Below, in pieces: positions 10,441 to 19,949 of a stretch of DNA of 64,000 bases. The DNA is from Desulfobulbaceae bacterium. GTDB lineage: Bacteria; Bacteroidota; Ignavibacteria; Kapaibacteriales; UBA2268. The first letter of the stretch is position 1. Every line of letters starts with the position of its first letter. Position numbers and translations under genes: made by a program. Below the pieces are notes generated by a model. It was not told the origin of the DNA. It saw nothing but the letters and a program-made list of their open reading frames with translations, and searched no databases. The stretch lies in contig JAGXRP010000021.1 of NCBI GenBank assembly GCA_018335795.1, forward strand, positions 86 to 64,085. Reading direction: 5' to 3'.

Positions 10441-11184
10441 ATGAATATACTAAAATATCTAATCAGTCTTACGATACTGATGCTTATTGTATCCTGTGGC
10501 TCGAACAGACCACCCGAATCAGGAACCGCTGAAGAGTTATATTCGAGAGCGATGGAATTATTCGACGATGAAGACTACCTTGACGCAGCCTCGCACTTCG
10601 AAATAATCAAATTACAATACCCTGCCAGCTTATATGCTGACGATGCACAGTTTCATATAGCAGAAATAAATTATCGCCGTAAAGAGTACATCATGGCGGC
10701 ATTTAATTTCAGTCTGCTCCGCAGAATTTATCCCGGTAGCGTTCATGTGAAAGACGCATTGATGAAAAATGCAATGTGCTTTTACGAACTTTCTCCTGCC
10801 TATGACCGAGACCAAGATTACACAATGAAAGCCATTGAGTCTTTTCAAGAGTTTCAATATCTCTATCCCGAAGATTCATTATATGCCGAAGCAACAAACA
10901 AAATCATCGAATTACGCAATAAGCTTGCTTATAGGGAATTTTTCACTGCACAACTATATACAAAGATGGACAGCCCGCTATCGGCAATGATATACTACGA
11001 AACTGTTATCAATAAGTATAGTGACACTTCTTACTTCGAGCCGGCATTCTTTGGCAAGATTCAAATGCTTGTTTGGATGAAACGTAACGAAGAAGCCGCC
11101 AGCATGATTGGTGCATACCGTAAAACATTCCCTAATGGACCGAATATCAATAATTTGCCAACTATTACAGTATCCTCCAAATAA
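10441..11184 (+). CDS. bamD: Outer membrane protein assembly factor BamD
   Basis: Lipobox LIVS-C, TPR-like helices, YP.S.YADDAQF, DRDQDYTMKAIESFQEF...YPEDS, LRNKLAYREF. Confidence 0.9.
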   Translation: MNILKYLISLTILMLIVSCGSNRPPESGTAEELYSRAMELFDDEDYLDAASHFEIIKLQYPASLYADDAQFHIAEINYRRKEYIMAAFNFSLLRRIYPGSVHVKDALMKNAMCFYELSPAYDRDQDYTMKAIESFQEFQYLYPEDSLYAEATNKIIELRNKLAYREFFTAQLYTKMDSPLSAMIYYETVINKYSDTSYFEPAFFGKIQMLVWMKRNEEAASMIGAYRKTFPNGPNINNLPTITVSSK

Positions 11185-11211
11185 TGGCATTTTATTTGCT
11201 CATATTTTGAT

Positions 11212-11868
11212 ATGAACAAATTCATAATTTATATATTGTTTCTAATTCCTGTGATGGGATTTGTATCCAAATCGCAGGAAAATTACCCTTTGTCAATGGG
11301 TATAAATGCCGGATTTCGTGCTGCTATAAGTGGTGTGGAAACTCCAATCGGCAGACAAAACGGCATCGCTTTCAGTCCAATCCCCGAAGGCGGTATCAAC
11401 ATTTACTACCCAATGTCTGAAACCACCGAGTTAGGAGTGAAATTCGGGTTGTTTTACTCGTCATATTCCTACAACATCAAGGACTTTAGCGACAATTCAA
11501 AATATTCACACAATATTTCATATTTCAAAATCAACTCCGAATTACATTTTGAGGGTTTGCTGTTTGGATTTTCATATTTAACGCCATTAGCCGGAGATTT
11601 AGACGGCGAATCTATCAATAATAGCCATTTATCAGGATTGACAGAATTTTCGATGGGATACGAATATCCACTTTTCAGCGACGAAACAGGCAGACTGAAT
11701 ATTCACATAAAAGCCGGCTACATGTTAGGCGGAATATTCAATGACTTTACTGACCATGACCCATTAAAAGACATTGTACCTTCGGATGCAACTTTTCCGG
11801 TCAACGATGGACATAATCCCCGAGCAGGATGGGTATTGATTGGATTCAACTATATGTTTAACTTTTGA
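11212..11868 (+). CDS. Outer-membrane beta-barrel protein
   Basis: Signal peptide, amphipathic strands, C-terminal Phe (GFNYMFNF). Confidence 0.6.
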   Translation: MNKFIIYILFLIPVMGFVSKSQENYPLSMGINAGFRAAISGVETPIGRQNGIAFSPIPEGGINIYYPMSETTELGVKFGLFYSSYSYNIKDFSDNSKYSHNISYFKINSELHFEGLLFGFSYLTPLAGDLDGESINNSHLSGLTEFSMGYEYPLFSDETGRLNIHIKAGYMLGGIFNDFTDHDPLKDIVPSDATFPVNDGHNPRAGWVLIGFNYMFNF

Positions 11869-11877
11869 TTCCCCCTC

Positions 11878-13041
11878 TCACCAACTAATTGCATTTGATG
11901 CCGAGCGAGCTCTGCCGATGGCTTCCGTTTGCGAATTGCCAACTGCAGTGATATGCCCCATTTTCCGTCCAATGCGGGATTTCTTCTTATTGTATAAATG
12001 TAACCAAATATTTGAATGTCCCAATAATTCACGAACATCTTCAGGAGTACCTTCTCCGTCTATTTGACCGAGCAAATTGACCATACATGCAGCCGGAACA
12101 ATCATCTTTGACGAACCCAAGGGCAAGTTACAAACTGCTCGGATGCAATTTTCGAATTGCGATGTTTGACAAGCTTCGATAGTGTAGTGCCCACTATTAT
12201 GCGGTCGTGGTGCGATTTCGTTCAATAATACATCACCGTCAGTCGTCAAAAACATTTCAACACCAAATACACCGATTCCATCAATAGATTCGACACTTTG
12301 CAAAGCAATCTGTTGAGCCTTTTTCATAATGCTTTCGCTTATTTCAGCAGGAGCAATCACTTCGTGGCAAATATGACGATATTGAACCGTTTCAACACAA
12401 GGATAGACCTCCTTATGTCCGTTGTAGTTTCGGGCAACAATGACAGCAAGTTCCTTAGTAAAATCAACGAAAGATTCTGCCATCAACGGTCGAGATACTT
12501 TGTCATTGTGGAATCGAGTCCACGCTTCTATTAGCGATTCCTTGTCAAAAACAGTAGCATTGCCGTAACCGTCATAGCCATACTTTCGGGCTTTGACCAC
12601 AAAGGGGAAACCGTTGCTTTCTCCGAAGCTGAGAGCTTGCTCGAGTGAATCAAGTTGAACAAAATTCGGTACCGGCAATCCCGCACTTTGGAAAGTTTGC
12701 TTTTGGATGAGCTTGTCTTGAACAAGTCTCATAGTTGCCGATGAGGGGTAAACCGTACGGCGAGCTTCAATATATTCGAGAATGTTGGGGTCAATGAACT
12801 CATTCTCGAGTGTAATGATATCTGATGCTTCGATGAAAGCGTCGAGTTCTTGCAAATTTTCCCATCCGTGCGAAAAATCAAGCTTTGTCATATCACCTGC
12901 CGGCGAAAAAGAGTGATTTTCTATCACAGCTACATTCAGCCCCATTCTATAAGCAGCTGAAGCGAGCATTTTAGCTAATTGTCCACCGCCGAGAATGCCC
13001 AAAGTGAGTGGCGAACCTTTTTTGATATTTGATTTCAACAT
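11878..13041 (-). CDS. purK: N5-carboxyaminoimidazole ribonucleotide synthase
   Basis: LGILGGGQLAKM, ITLENEF, GYDGYG, NEIAPRPHNSGHYT, SQFENCIRAV, RKMGHIT. The start is probably ATG at 13041 rather than 13119. Confidence 0.95.
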   Translation of the reverse strand: MLKSNIKKGSPLTLGILGGGQLAKMLASAAYRMGLNVAVIENHSFSPAGDMTKLDFSHGWENLQELDAFIEASDIITLENEFIDPNILEYIEARRTVYPSSATMRLVQDKLIQKQTFQSAGLPVPNFVQLDSLEQALSFGESNGFPFVVKARKYGYDGYGNATVFDKESLIEAWTRFHNDKVSRPLMAESFVDFTKELAVIVARNYNGHKEVYPCVETVQYRHICHEVIAPAEISESIMKKAQQIALQSVESIDGIGVFGVEMFLTTDGDVLLNEIAPRPHNSGHYTIEACQTSQFENCIRAVCNLPLGSSKMIVPAACMVNLLGQIDGEGTPEDVRELLGHSNIWLHLYNKKKSRIGRKMGHITAVGNSQTEAIGRARSASNAISW

Positions 13042-13164
13042 TTTATTTGTCTTAATTTCATTTTTGAATATAATATTTAACAGATTACAAGCAAAAATAT
13101 TACAATTTAACAAAAGCATAATTACGAATTAATCAAAAATTAAGAAATTTTTCGTATTTTGGAT

Positions 13165-13190
13165 GAAACTTTTTTGCAATACTTGTGTCT
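13165..13190 (+). promoter_or_regulatory. Putative ECF (sigmaE-type) promoter upstream of the HNH gene
   Basis: GAAACT-N16(T-rich)-GTCT. Confidence 0.5.
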
Positions 13191-13228
13191 TTATAGATAA
13201 AGTATATTTTTTGAAAATCTAATCATAG

Positions 13229-13822
13229 GAGAAAGTCTTCAGTCTCAGACTAAGCGAATACGAGTATCGGGTCACATATAAGCCCGACAAAGCACAAGAA
13301 TATCCTACCGCAAATGGGCTAAGCGGTAAAGTTCTTATTCTCAATCAGAGCTACGAGCCGATTACAGTTTGCTCAGCAAAAAAAGCTTTCCTACTCATTT
13401 ATCTTCTCAAAGCCGAATTAGTAGAAGTTCGATACAACAAAACAATCCGAACCATCAACCGAGCTTATCCGTATCCGAGCGTAATCAAATTACTCAGTTA
13501 TATAAACATGCCCTACAAAAGGATTGACTTGTCTCGCAAAAACATACTGAAACGAGACAATCACCGATGCCAATATTGCGGCAAGAAGTCTCTTGATATA
13601 ACTTTGGACCATATTATCCCCAAATCCCGTGGTGGCATGGACACTTGGGACAATCTCGTGGCAGCTTGCGTTCGGTGCAACAATCGCAAAGGCAACCGGA
13701 CACCGGATGAAGCCGGAATGAAATTACTCTCCAAGCCACGACGCCCTAATCACATCATGTTCCTAAAGCAATACATCGGACGCACCGAAGACAGTTGGAG
13801 ACAATTCTTGTTTATGGATTAG
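13229..13822 (+). CDS. HNH endonuclease (McrA-like); start codon unresolved
   Basis: The frame is open from 13229 and reads ...SGKVLILNQSYEPITVCSAKKA...PSVIKL...SRKNILKRDNHRCQYCG...TLDHIIPKSRGG...WDNLVAACVRCNNRKGNRTP. The ORF track starts internally at 13508. Confidence 0.85.
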   Translation, partial: EKVFSLRLSEYEYRVTYKPDKAQEYPTANGLSGKVLILNQSYEPITVCSAKKAFLLIYLLKAELVEVRYNKTIRTINRAYPYPSVIKLLSYINMPYKRIDLSRKNILKRDNHRCQYCGKKSLDITLDHIIPKSRGGMDTWDNLVAACVRCNNRKGNRTPDEAGMKLLSKPRRPNHIMFLKQYIGRTEDSWRQFLFMD

Positions 13823-13863
13823 AGGGGGCATTTCCCGCGTTTGCAAATCAAAACAATTTTGGT

Positions 13864-13871
13864 TATATTTG
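13864..13871 (+). promoter_or_regulatory. Bacteroidota-type -7 promoter box upstream of the TPR gene
   Basis: TATATTTG (TAnnTTTG) with TTTG about 20 nt upstream. Confidence 0.55.
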
Positions 13872-13996
13872 TGGGGGGAAGGTGTTTCTTTCTGAGTTTA
13901 ATCTAGTTTACAAGTTAAAGAATAATGTGGCATCTGTGACTTACGTTTTTTCAAATTAGCGACATCATTTAAATAAAAACTATTTGTGAGGTTATT

Positions 13997-15229
13997 TTGA
14001 GATTCTACATATCAATGTTGTTTGCTTTAACATTTGTAAATTGTGCACTTTTTGCTCAAAGTGCCCAATATTATTTTGAAAAAGGGGTTGCAAAAGCTGA
14101 AATTGGTGATTATAAAGGTGCAAATGAAGAATTGACAAAAGCCATTGAAATTGACCCAAATGTTGACATAATATTTTATAACAGAGGTTTGGTGAAATTT
14201 AAATTAGGTGATTATCGTGCAGCCATAAGGGATTATAATAGAGCTTTAGAAATTAATCCTATCTTTTATATGGCATGGGTGAACAGAGGTTCAGCTGAAA
14301 TGGAACTCAAAAATTATGAAATAGCAATTCATGATTTTAACAAAGCACTTGAGATTAATCCTAACTTAGTAGAAGCGTATTATAATAGAGCTATTGTAAA
14401 ACTTGCACTTGAGAATTATGAAGATGCAATCCAAGATTTGAATATAGCCATCGAGATTAGTCCAAATTTTGCTCTTGCATATTATAACAGAGGTACTACG
14501 AAATATCATTTAGGTAATCTTATGGATGCCATTAATGATTTTGATTACGCAATACTTAATGACCCAAAATTTTTTGAAGCATATTACAACAGAGGACGTG
14601 CAAGATTAGAACTTGGAAATATTCAAGAGGCATTAAACGATTTCAATAAAGCTATCGAATTAAATTCAAACTTTGCAGAAACATATACCAACAGAGCTTC
14701 TGTATATATTTCCTTAGGTAGCTATCAGAAAGCAATAGAAGATAATGACAAAGCAATACTGTTAAAGCCTCATTATGCCGAAGCATACAATAATAGAGGC
14801 CTAATAAAACTCATGATTAAGAATTATGATGGCGCAATGAAGGATTTGACTAAGGCTATTGAGCTAAATCCGGAATTAGTTCAGTCTCATCTTTACCGGG
14901 GGATAACTAAACACGAACTACAAGATTATAAAGGTGCCATTAAGGATTATGATAATGCACTTCGGATAAATCCCAAAGATTTTTACTCGTTTCTTCATAG
15001 AGGTATATCAAAGTTTAATTTGGGTGATTATGATAGAGCTATTGCGGACTTTAATATGGTTGATGAATTAAATCCCGCCGAAGAACCAAGGGTGTATTAT
15101 TATAGAGGATTAGCAAGATTGATAAAGGGAGATAAAAAGAAAGGTGGTCAAGACTTGCGAAAAGCGAAAGAATTTGAATTTGGTGATGTTGACATTTTGA
15201 TAGAACAGAATTGCAAAAAAAAAAAATAG
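13997..15229 (+). CDS. Secreted tetratricopeptide-repeat protein
   Basis: Signal peptide and about 11 tandem 34-aa TPRs (AYYNRG...AIxDFNKAxELNP). TTG start after GAGG. Confidence 0.92.
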   Translation: MRFYISMLFALTFVNCALFAQSAQYYFEKGVAKAEIGDYKGANEELTKAIEIDPNVDIIFYNRGLVKFKLGDYRAAIRDYNRALEINPIFYMAWVNRGSAEMELKNYEIAIHDFNKALEINPNLVEAYYNRAIVKLALENYEDAIQDLNIAIEISPNFALAYYNRGTTKYHLGNLMDAINDFDYAILNDPKFFEAYYNRGRARLELGNIQEALNDFNKAIELNSNFAETYTNRASVYISLGSYQKAIEDNDKAILLKPHYAEAYNNRGLIKLMIKNYDGAMKDLTKAIELNPELVQSHLYRGITKHELQDYKGAIKDYDNALRINPKDFYSFLHRGISKFNLGDYDRAIADFNMVDELNPAEEPRVYYYRGLARLIKGDKKKGGQDLRKAKEFEFGDVDILIEQNCKKKK

Positions 15230-15310
15230 CTGATCCATAATCCTCACATATTAACCTTCCCCCAAAAATGCCCGCCTTAGGTAAACGTCCAAAATAATTG
15301 CATTCATTGT

Positions 15311-15598
15311 TTAAAACAAAACCGGAGGTGGCTCCCCCACATGAAAAGACAACTTTTGGGCTAATTCAAAAACCTGCTTATTTAATTCTAAATCGTTGAA
15401 ATCTTTATTTTTGGTGACCTTCCAGACAAATGTAGGTCCATATCTTGGACCGACTTCACCAACGTAGCTAAACATATTACCGGATTGGTCAAAATAATCA
15501 CGTCCCGGAGGGTAATCTTTTATTTCTATCAATGTCCTATATATATTAAGACACATGAATGATGAAAAAATCTCAGGGGATTTGAAAAAACTTCTCAT
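15311..15598 (-). CDS. Small hypothetical protein
   Basis: 95-aa ORF filling an otherwise empty interval. No motif recognised. Confidence 0.4.
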   Translation of the reverse strand: MRSFFKSPEIFSSFMCLNIYRTLIEIKDYPPGRDYFDQSGNMFSYVGEVGPRYGPTFVWKVTKNKDFNDLELNKQVFELAQKLSFHVGEPPPVLF

Positions 15599-15665
15599 AT
15601 TTATAAAAATGAATATTCACATCACCAGGACGCTGCTCTGACGCTAGGAATTAAAATTATTAGAT

Positions 15666-15700
15666 AAAAAAAAGGGGACACAGAAATTCCGTGTCCCTTT
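15666..15700 (-). terminator. Rho-independent terminator of the ECF/DUF4252 operon
   Basis: Minus strand GGGACAC-ggaatttct-GTGTCCC followed by a T-run. Confidence 0.8.
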
Positions 15701-15743
15701 GATGATTCAAAGAGAAATGTGCTGAATTAAGTTCAACGTTCTC

Positions 15744-16268
15744 TTATTCCAAATCCTTAATCTTGTCTGCACCTTTGATATTGAGCAATCTGCCGATTGT
15801 CGAAATCTGTTTGAGATTGATAGTGCCGTCCATCCAGATAATGACAGCATCTTGTGGACTAGAAACAGTCATCACAAAATCTGAGATTTTTTCGCCCTGT
15901 TTTTTGACCATAACCTTGATGTTGCTTTCTTTGTCATTCATATTCATGATTGTACTAAAGCCTGCACCGGGCTCGAATTTGCGGACATCTTTGATAAATA
16001 AAAGTCCTTCGCCGGGATTTTTAGATTTCCCTTTGGCAAATGATAAGACTTTGAGATTTTCGACTCCTGCCAAAGCATTTTTGAGAGCACCTGCGTCTTT
16101 GACATCCGACATTTCTGAAAGCATTACTGCAGGGTCGCTCAAACTAACAGTAGTGAAGCCCTCTTTGGAGCCAAACTTCTCGATTAATTTATCCAACGAT
16201 TCGTTTTGAGCTTGGCTGAAGAGAGTCGCAAGAAGAAAGAAAAAAGCAATGTGTATTAATTTTGTCAT
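15744..16268 (-). CDS. DUF4252 domain protein
   Basis: Signal peptide, FTTVSLS, VLIWMDGTINLKQI-like tail. Typical position after an ECF sigma/anti-sigma pair. Confidence 0.8.
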   Translation of the reverse strand: MTKLIHIAFFFLLATLFSQAQNESLDKLIEKFGSKEGFTTVSLSDPAVMLSEMSDVKDAGALKNALAGVENLKVLSFAKGKSKNPGEGLLFIKDVRKFEPGAGFSTIMNMNDKESNIKVMVKKQGEKISDFVMTVSSPQDAVIIWMDGTINLKQISTIGRLLNIKGADKIKDLE

Positions 16269-16277
16269 GAAATACCC

Positions 16278-16814
16278 TTAATTATTATTGAAATCGTTAT
16301 TTTGTAAATTGATAAGCGAGAAAGTGCCCAGTCCACCGAGACCTTGCTCGACCATGTTTAATTTGTCAAGGTCGCTTGTAGCGGCATCCATACTTTCTGC
16401 TATTAGTTGCAAAGCTTTTACAGTTTCGTAATATACTTGTTCGGGGTCGCTTTCGTTGTGATAGACATTTTCCAAATCTTTGCTTTGCTGAAATACGGTA
16501 AAGAACAATGTAACGGCTATCAAAACAATAGCAGCGGCACTCGAATAGTACATATAGTTTCGAGATTTTACAATCTTGGCAGATGCTTCGTAACTATTAA
16601 TCGAGTTGATTAATCGTTTTTCGAAGTCATCTCCGGGGGCTACAATTGCAGATTCGGATTTATAGAATCTGAACTGCGCGGCTTCGGTCATAAGTTCTTT
16701 TGGAACTTCTGACTGTTCAAAAAATTCGTTGATGACGTTTTCTTCTTCCAAAGAGCTTTCGCCGTCGTAGAATTTTACAAGCAACAGCTTGATTTCATCA
16801 ATATTATGCTTCAT
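16278..16814 (-). CDS. Putative anti-sigma factor (single TM)
   Basis: LLVKFYDGESSLEEE N-terminus and TM YYSSAAAIVLIAVTLFF. Overlaps the sigma gene end. Confidence 0.7.
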   Translation of the reverse strand: MKHNIDEIKLLLVKFYDGESSLEEENVINEFFEQSEVPKELMTEAAQFRFYKSESAIVAPGDDFEKRLINSINSYEASAKIVKSRNYMYYSSAAAIVLIAVTLFFTVFQQSKDLENVYHNESDPEQVYYETVKALQLIAESMDAATSDLDKLNMVEQGLGGLGTFSLINLQNNDFNNN

Positions 16815-17331
16815 TGTAGTAATAATTATAATTGTTATTCAAAAATTCTCTTATTTTCTTTCTTGCTCTGGAAAGATTAACTTTCAATGTGTTGATATTC
16901 ATGTCCATTATCTCTGCAATTTCTTGGTAGCTTAGTCCTTCAATGTCTCTAAGTTGTACAATCATCTTCAGATTTTCCGGTAATTGTTCGACAACTTTCC
17001 CTACAATTTCTACTGCATCTGCTAATTCAGCCTTTCTGAGCGGCGAGATATCTCTTTCCATCAAATTTAACTCCTCAATATCTAAACCCGAGTGTACGGT
17101 CTGGAAATGCTTGCTTCTGAATCTGTCAATACATAAGTTCTTAGTCATAGCCATAGCAAACGCCTCCACGCTTTGTTTTTTTTCTAAAGATTCGCGGTTA
17201 ATCCATAATTTCATCATTACATCCTGGACCACGTCTTCAGCTTCGTCATGATTGTTCAGCATTCGCTTAGCAAATCTGAACAACCTGTCTTTTACCGGCA
17301 TAACCTTTGCCGTAAACTCGTTTATTTCCAT
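16804..17331 (-). CDS. ECF RNA polymerase sigma-70 factor
   Basis: LFRFAKRML...AEDVVQDVMMKLW (region 2) and LRDIEGLSYQEIAEIM...LSRARK (region 4). Confidence 0.93.
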   Translation of the reverse strand: MEINEFTAKVMPVKDRLFRFAKRMLNNHDEAEDVVQDVMMKLWINRESLEKKQSVEAFAMAMTKNLCIDRFRSKHFQTVHSGLDIEELNLMERDISPLRKAELADAVEIVGKVVEQLPENLKMIVQLRDIEGLSYQEIAEIMDMNINTLKVNLSRARKKIREFLNNNYNYYYNEA

Positions 17332-17339
17332 ATCAATTT

Positions 17340-17364
17340 GACGATTAATCCCAAAAAAGGTAAC
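17340..17364 (-). promoter_or_regulatory. Putative autoregulatory ECF promoter (near-leaderless)
   Basis: Minus strand GTTACC-N15-CGTC, 8 nt before the sigma ATG. Confidence 0.5.
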
Positions 17365-17455
17365 TAAAAAAGTAAAATATAAAAGAAAAAGAATACTTTT
17401 GTTATAGTAACGAAATAAGTAATAGTTTAGATATATTTTTTTTTGTGGATATGAA

Positions 17456-18178
17456 ATGGATACATTGAAAGACTTTTGGAAATTAGCGGGTTTACGCTAC
17501 AAATCTCATCCTTGGCATGGTATTAACATCGGCGAGGATGCGCCTGATATTGTGACTGTATTTGTCGAGGTAGTACCTTCGGATACTTTGAAGTATGAAT
17601 TAGACAAGGAAACGGGCTATTTGAAGCTCGACAGACCACAAAAATTTTCAAACATCATCCCGGCACCCTACGGTTTTGTTCCTCAGACTTATTGCTGGAA
17701 ATCTGTAGCTGATTATTGCAACTCCAAAACAGGGCGAACTGATATCGTCGGTGACGGCGACCCCTTGGATATTTGTGTTTTGACTGAACGCAACATCATG
17801 TACGGCAATATCATTCTTCAGGCTATACCAATCGGTGGTTTCAGAATGATAGACGGTGGGGAAGCTGATGATAAAATCATAGCCGTGCTTAAGCAGGATG
17901 AAGTCTATTCACAATGGAAAGATATTAGTGACGTTCCGGCATCGCTTGTGACGCGTTTGAAGCACTATTTTCTTACTTATAAGGATATGCCCGGACATCA
18001 GATGCAAAGATGCGAAATCACGCACACATACGGACGCGAAGAAGCTCTTCACGTCATTGATTTGAGCCGCAAAGATTACACAAAGAAATTCGGTAAATTG
18101 GAGAATAAACTGTCAATCGCCGCTATGGAAGCGATTTCATTTGGACAAGATTTGATACAAGCGAATAAGAAGAAGTAA
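17456..18178 (+). CDS. ppa: Inorganic pyrophosphatase (family I)
   Basis: SHPWHG, KYELDKETG...LDR, YGFVPQT, DGDPLDICV, DGGEADDKIIAV. Confidence 0.92.
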   Translation: MDTLKDFWKLAGLRYKSHPWHGINIGEDAPDIVTVFVEVVPSDTLKYELDKETGYLKLDRPQKFSNIIPAPYGFVPQTYCWKSVADYCNSKTGRTDIVGDGDPLDICVLTERNIMYGNIILQAIPIGGFRMIDGGEADDKIIAVLKQDEVYSQWKDISDVPASLVTRLKHYFLTYKDMPGHQMQRCEITHTYGREEALHVIDLSRKDYTKKFGKLENKLSIAAMEAISFGQDLIQANKKK

Positions 18179-18185
18179 AATTTTG

Positions 18186-18260
18186 TCGGGGTGGAGGGAT
18201 TCGAACCCCCGGCCCCCTGGTCCCAAACCAGGTGCGCTAACCGGACTGCGCTACACCCCG
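18186..18260 (-). tRNA. tRNA-Pro(TGG)
   Basis: CGGGGTGTAGCGCAGTCCGGTTAGCGCACCTGGT-TTGGGA-CCAGG...GGTTCGAATCCCTCCACCCCGA. CCA is not encoded. Confidence 0.97.
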
Positions 18261-18273
18261 AAAAAACAGATTA

Positions 18274-18281
18274 CAAAAGTA
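18274..18281 (-). promoter_or_regulatory. -7 promoter box for tRNA-Pro
   Basis: TACTTTTG on the minus strand, TTTG upstream. An identical box precedes tRNA-Ser (29163..29170). Confidence 0.6.
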
Positions 18282-18312
18282 CTGCTTTTTTCGGACAAAA
18301 CAAAATTAAAAA

Positions 18313-19344
18313 TTAGAATTTTGATGCAATTCTATTATCTCTTCGTTGTTTGGCGAGTAATCGCAAGTCAACAACTTTGTCCACTTCATCAACAATCTCT
18401 ACGCCGAGCATTGTTTCGACTACGTCTTCCATCGAGATAAGTCCTTCGACTCCACCGTATTCGTCCACTACAACAAATAAATGCTGGCGGCGATTCAGAA
18501 ATTTTTCGAGCGTAGTGTCCAATTCTGCATTTTCTGGAATAAAGTAAACTTCTCTGCAAAAATCTCTCAACTTAGTGGCTCCCTTGCCTTTGAGTGCAGC
18601 AAGTAAAATATCTTTGGACATGACATAACCTAAAACACCATCATCGAATGATTCGCCCTCCCATATCGGGAATCGAGAATACATCTGAATTTCGGGTAAA
18701 TGGACTACATCATCAACTGTTTTGTCTGCATCAAACGAAAACATAACTGTGCGTGGAGTCATCACATCGGATACGTAAACTTCGCTGAAATTCATTATAT
18801 TTTTTAGTATTCTATATTCACCGGCTTCGATTAATCCTTCTTCGTGAGCCGATTCTACCAATGCCGAAATTTCTTCACGACTTTCATCGCTTGTGCTTTT
18901 ACCACGAATCTTATCGTGAATTGCGGAAAATACCCAATAAAGCGGGAAACCTAAATAAAAATACAACTTTATGAGCGGTGTCATTGCAGGTCCGATAGAA
19001 TCTGCCGACACTGCACCGACAGCATAAACGATTGTTCTGGAAAACATCAAGATTAATGCAGTTGCAAGGAGCATTACAATCACATTTGCAAAAGCAAATC
19101 CGAATTCGGACATATAGAAGCCAAGGAATACAGAAGCAGATATATATATTCCGGTTTCGAATACCAACAAAGGGTTGAGGGTTTCATCATGCTCGAATTG
19201 CATGTATTGAAGGGATTGCGCTTTTTTGTAATTTTTTTCTATCAAGCTGTTTATTTCATCATTAGAAATGTATGTCAGTATAGCGGAACACAGCGATGCA
19301 GCTATGCCAATCACGTAAAGAAGCAAAATAAGAGGGACTTCCAT
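18313..19344 (-). CDS. CNNM/hemolysin-like DUF21 + CBS-pair protein
   Basis: N-terminal TM helices, VSDVMTPRT, YSRFPIW, VVVDEYGGVEGLISMEDVVETMLGVEIVDE. Confidence 0.9.
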   Translation of the reverse strand: MEVPLILLLYVIGIAASLCSAILTYISNDEINSLIEKNYKKAQSLQYMQFEHDETLNPLLVFETGIYISASVFLGFYMSEFGFAFANVIVMLLATALILMFSRTIVYAVGAVSADSIGPAMTPLIKLYFYLGFPLYWVFSAIHDKIRGKSTSDESREEISALVESAHEEGLIEAGEYRILKNIMNFSEVYVSDVMTPRTVMFSFDADKTVDDVVHLPEIQMYSRFPIWEGESFDDGVLGYVMSKDILLAALKGKGATKLRDFCREVYFIPENAELDTTLEKFLNRRQHLFVVVDEYGGVEGLISMEDVVETMLGVEIVDEVDKVVDLRLLAKQRRDNRIASKF

Positions 19345-19505
19345 TATAGCAGAGCTAACTCCACCTGATTATGTAACAAAATAATTATATAAAAATAAGA
19401 AATTATTGCTAATTTGAATTAAACTTTTATCTAAAGTGTAATCTTTTCAATTTTGTATTGTCTATACATATAGAGTATTGTTGAATTTTTAAAAGGAAAA
19501 TCTGT

Positions 19506-19949
19506 ATGAACAACAAAGTTAAATATTTGGTCTTTTCAATTCTTATTGCCTTGTCGTTTATAGTCGTGACTCAAGCAAGTTTCAGCCAGAGTGTGCATCC
19601 GGGCACAATTACGTCGGGTAAAAAGTTCTTTGTTTACTTTGGCGAAGATTCGACTCATATTACTCTTGAAGCAGCTGAAGTTTTAGACAAAATGGTCGCT
19701 CACGGCAAGAAAAATAAGGGACAAAGATTCCTCATTACAGGATTTTTCCACGAATATGAAATGGACGGATTAGCTGGAAAGCGTGCCGAAGCTGTCAAAG
19801 AATATTGTATAATGCTTGGAATGCCCGAATCGCAAATACTCACAAGACACTCAAAGCAAATTTTGGCTCAAAATGAGGATGGTATCTTTACAGACGAAGA
19901 GCGAATCAAAGCTCGCAGAGCCGAACTTATGTTTATTGACGCACCTTAA
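19506..19949 (+). CDS. OmpA-like domain protein
   Basis: Signal peptide, VYFGEDSTHI...LAGKRAEAVKEY...RRAEL. Confidence 0.7.
   Translation: MNNKVKYLVFSILIALSFIVVTQASFSQSVHPGTITSGKKFFVYFGEDSTHITLEAAEVLDKMVAHGKKNKGQRFLITGFFHEYEMDGLAGKRAEAVKEYCIMLGMPESQILTRHSKQILAQNEDGIFTDEERIKARRAELMFIDAP

Noticed and set aside
13229-13822. HNH as a defence or homing system
   Set aside because: Stand-alone McrA-like family with no methylase, intron or other defence genes adjacent.
15215-15226. A12 tract as a phase-variation switch
   Set aside because: It lies in the last four codons of the TPR gene, so slippage would barely alter the protein.
18183-18440. ORF MSGWRDSNPRPPGPKPGALTGLRYTP
   Set aside because: Antisense translation of tRNA-Pro; a known artefact.
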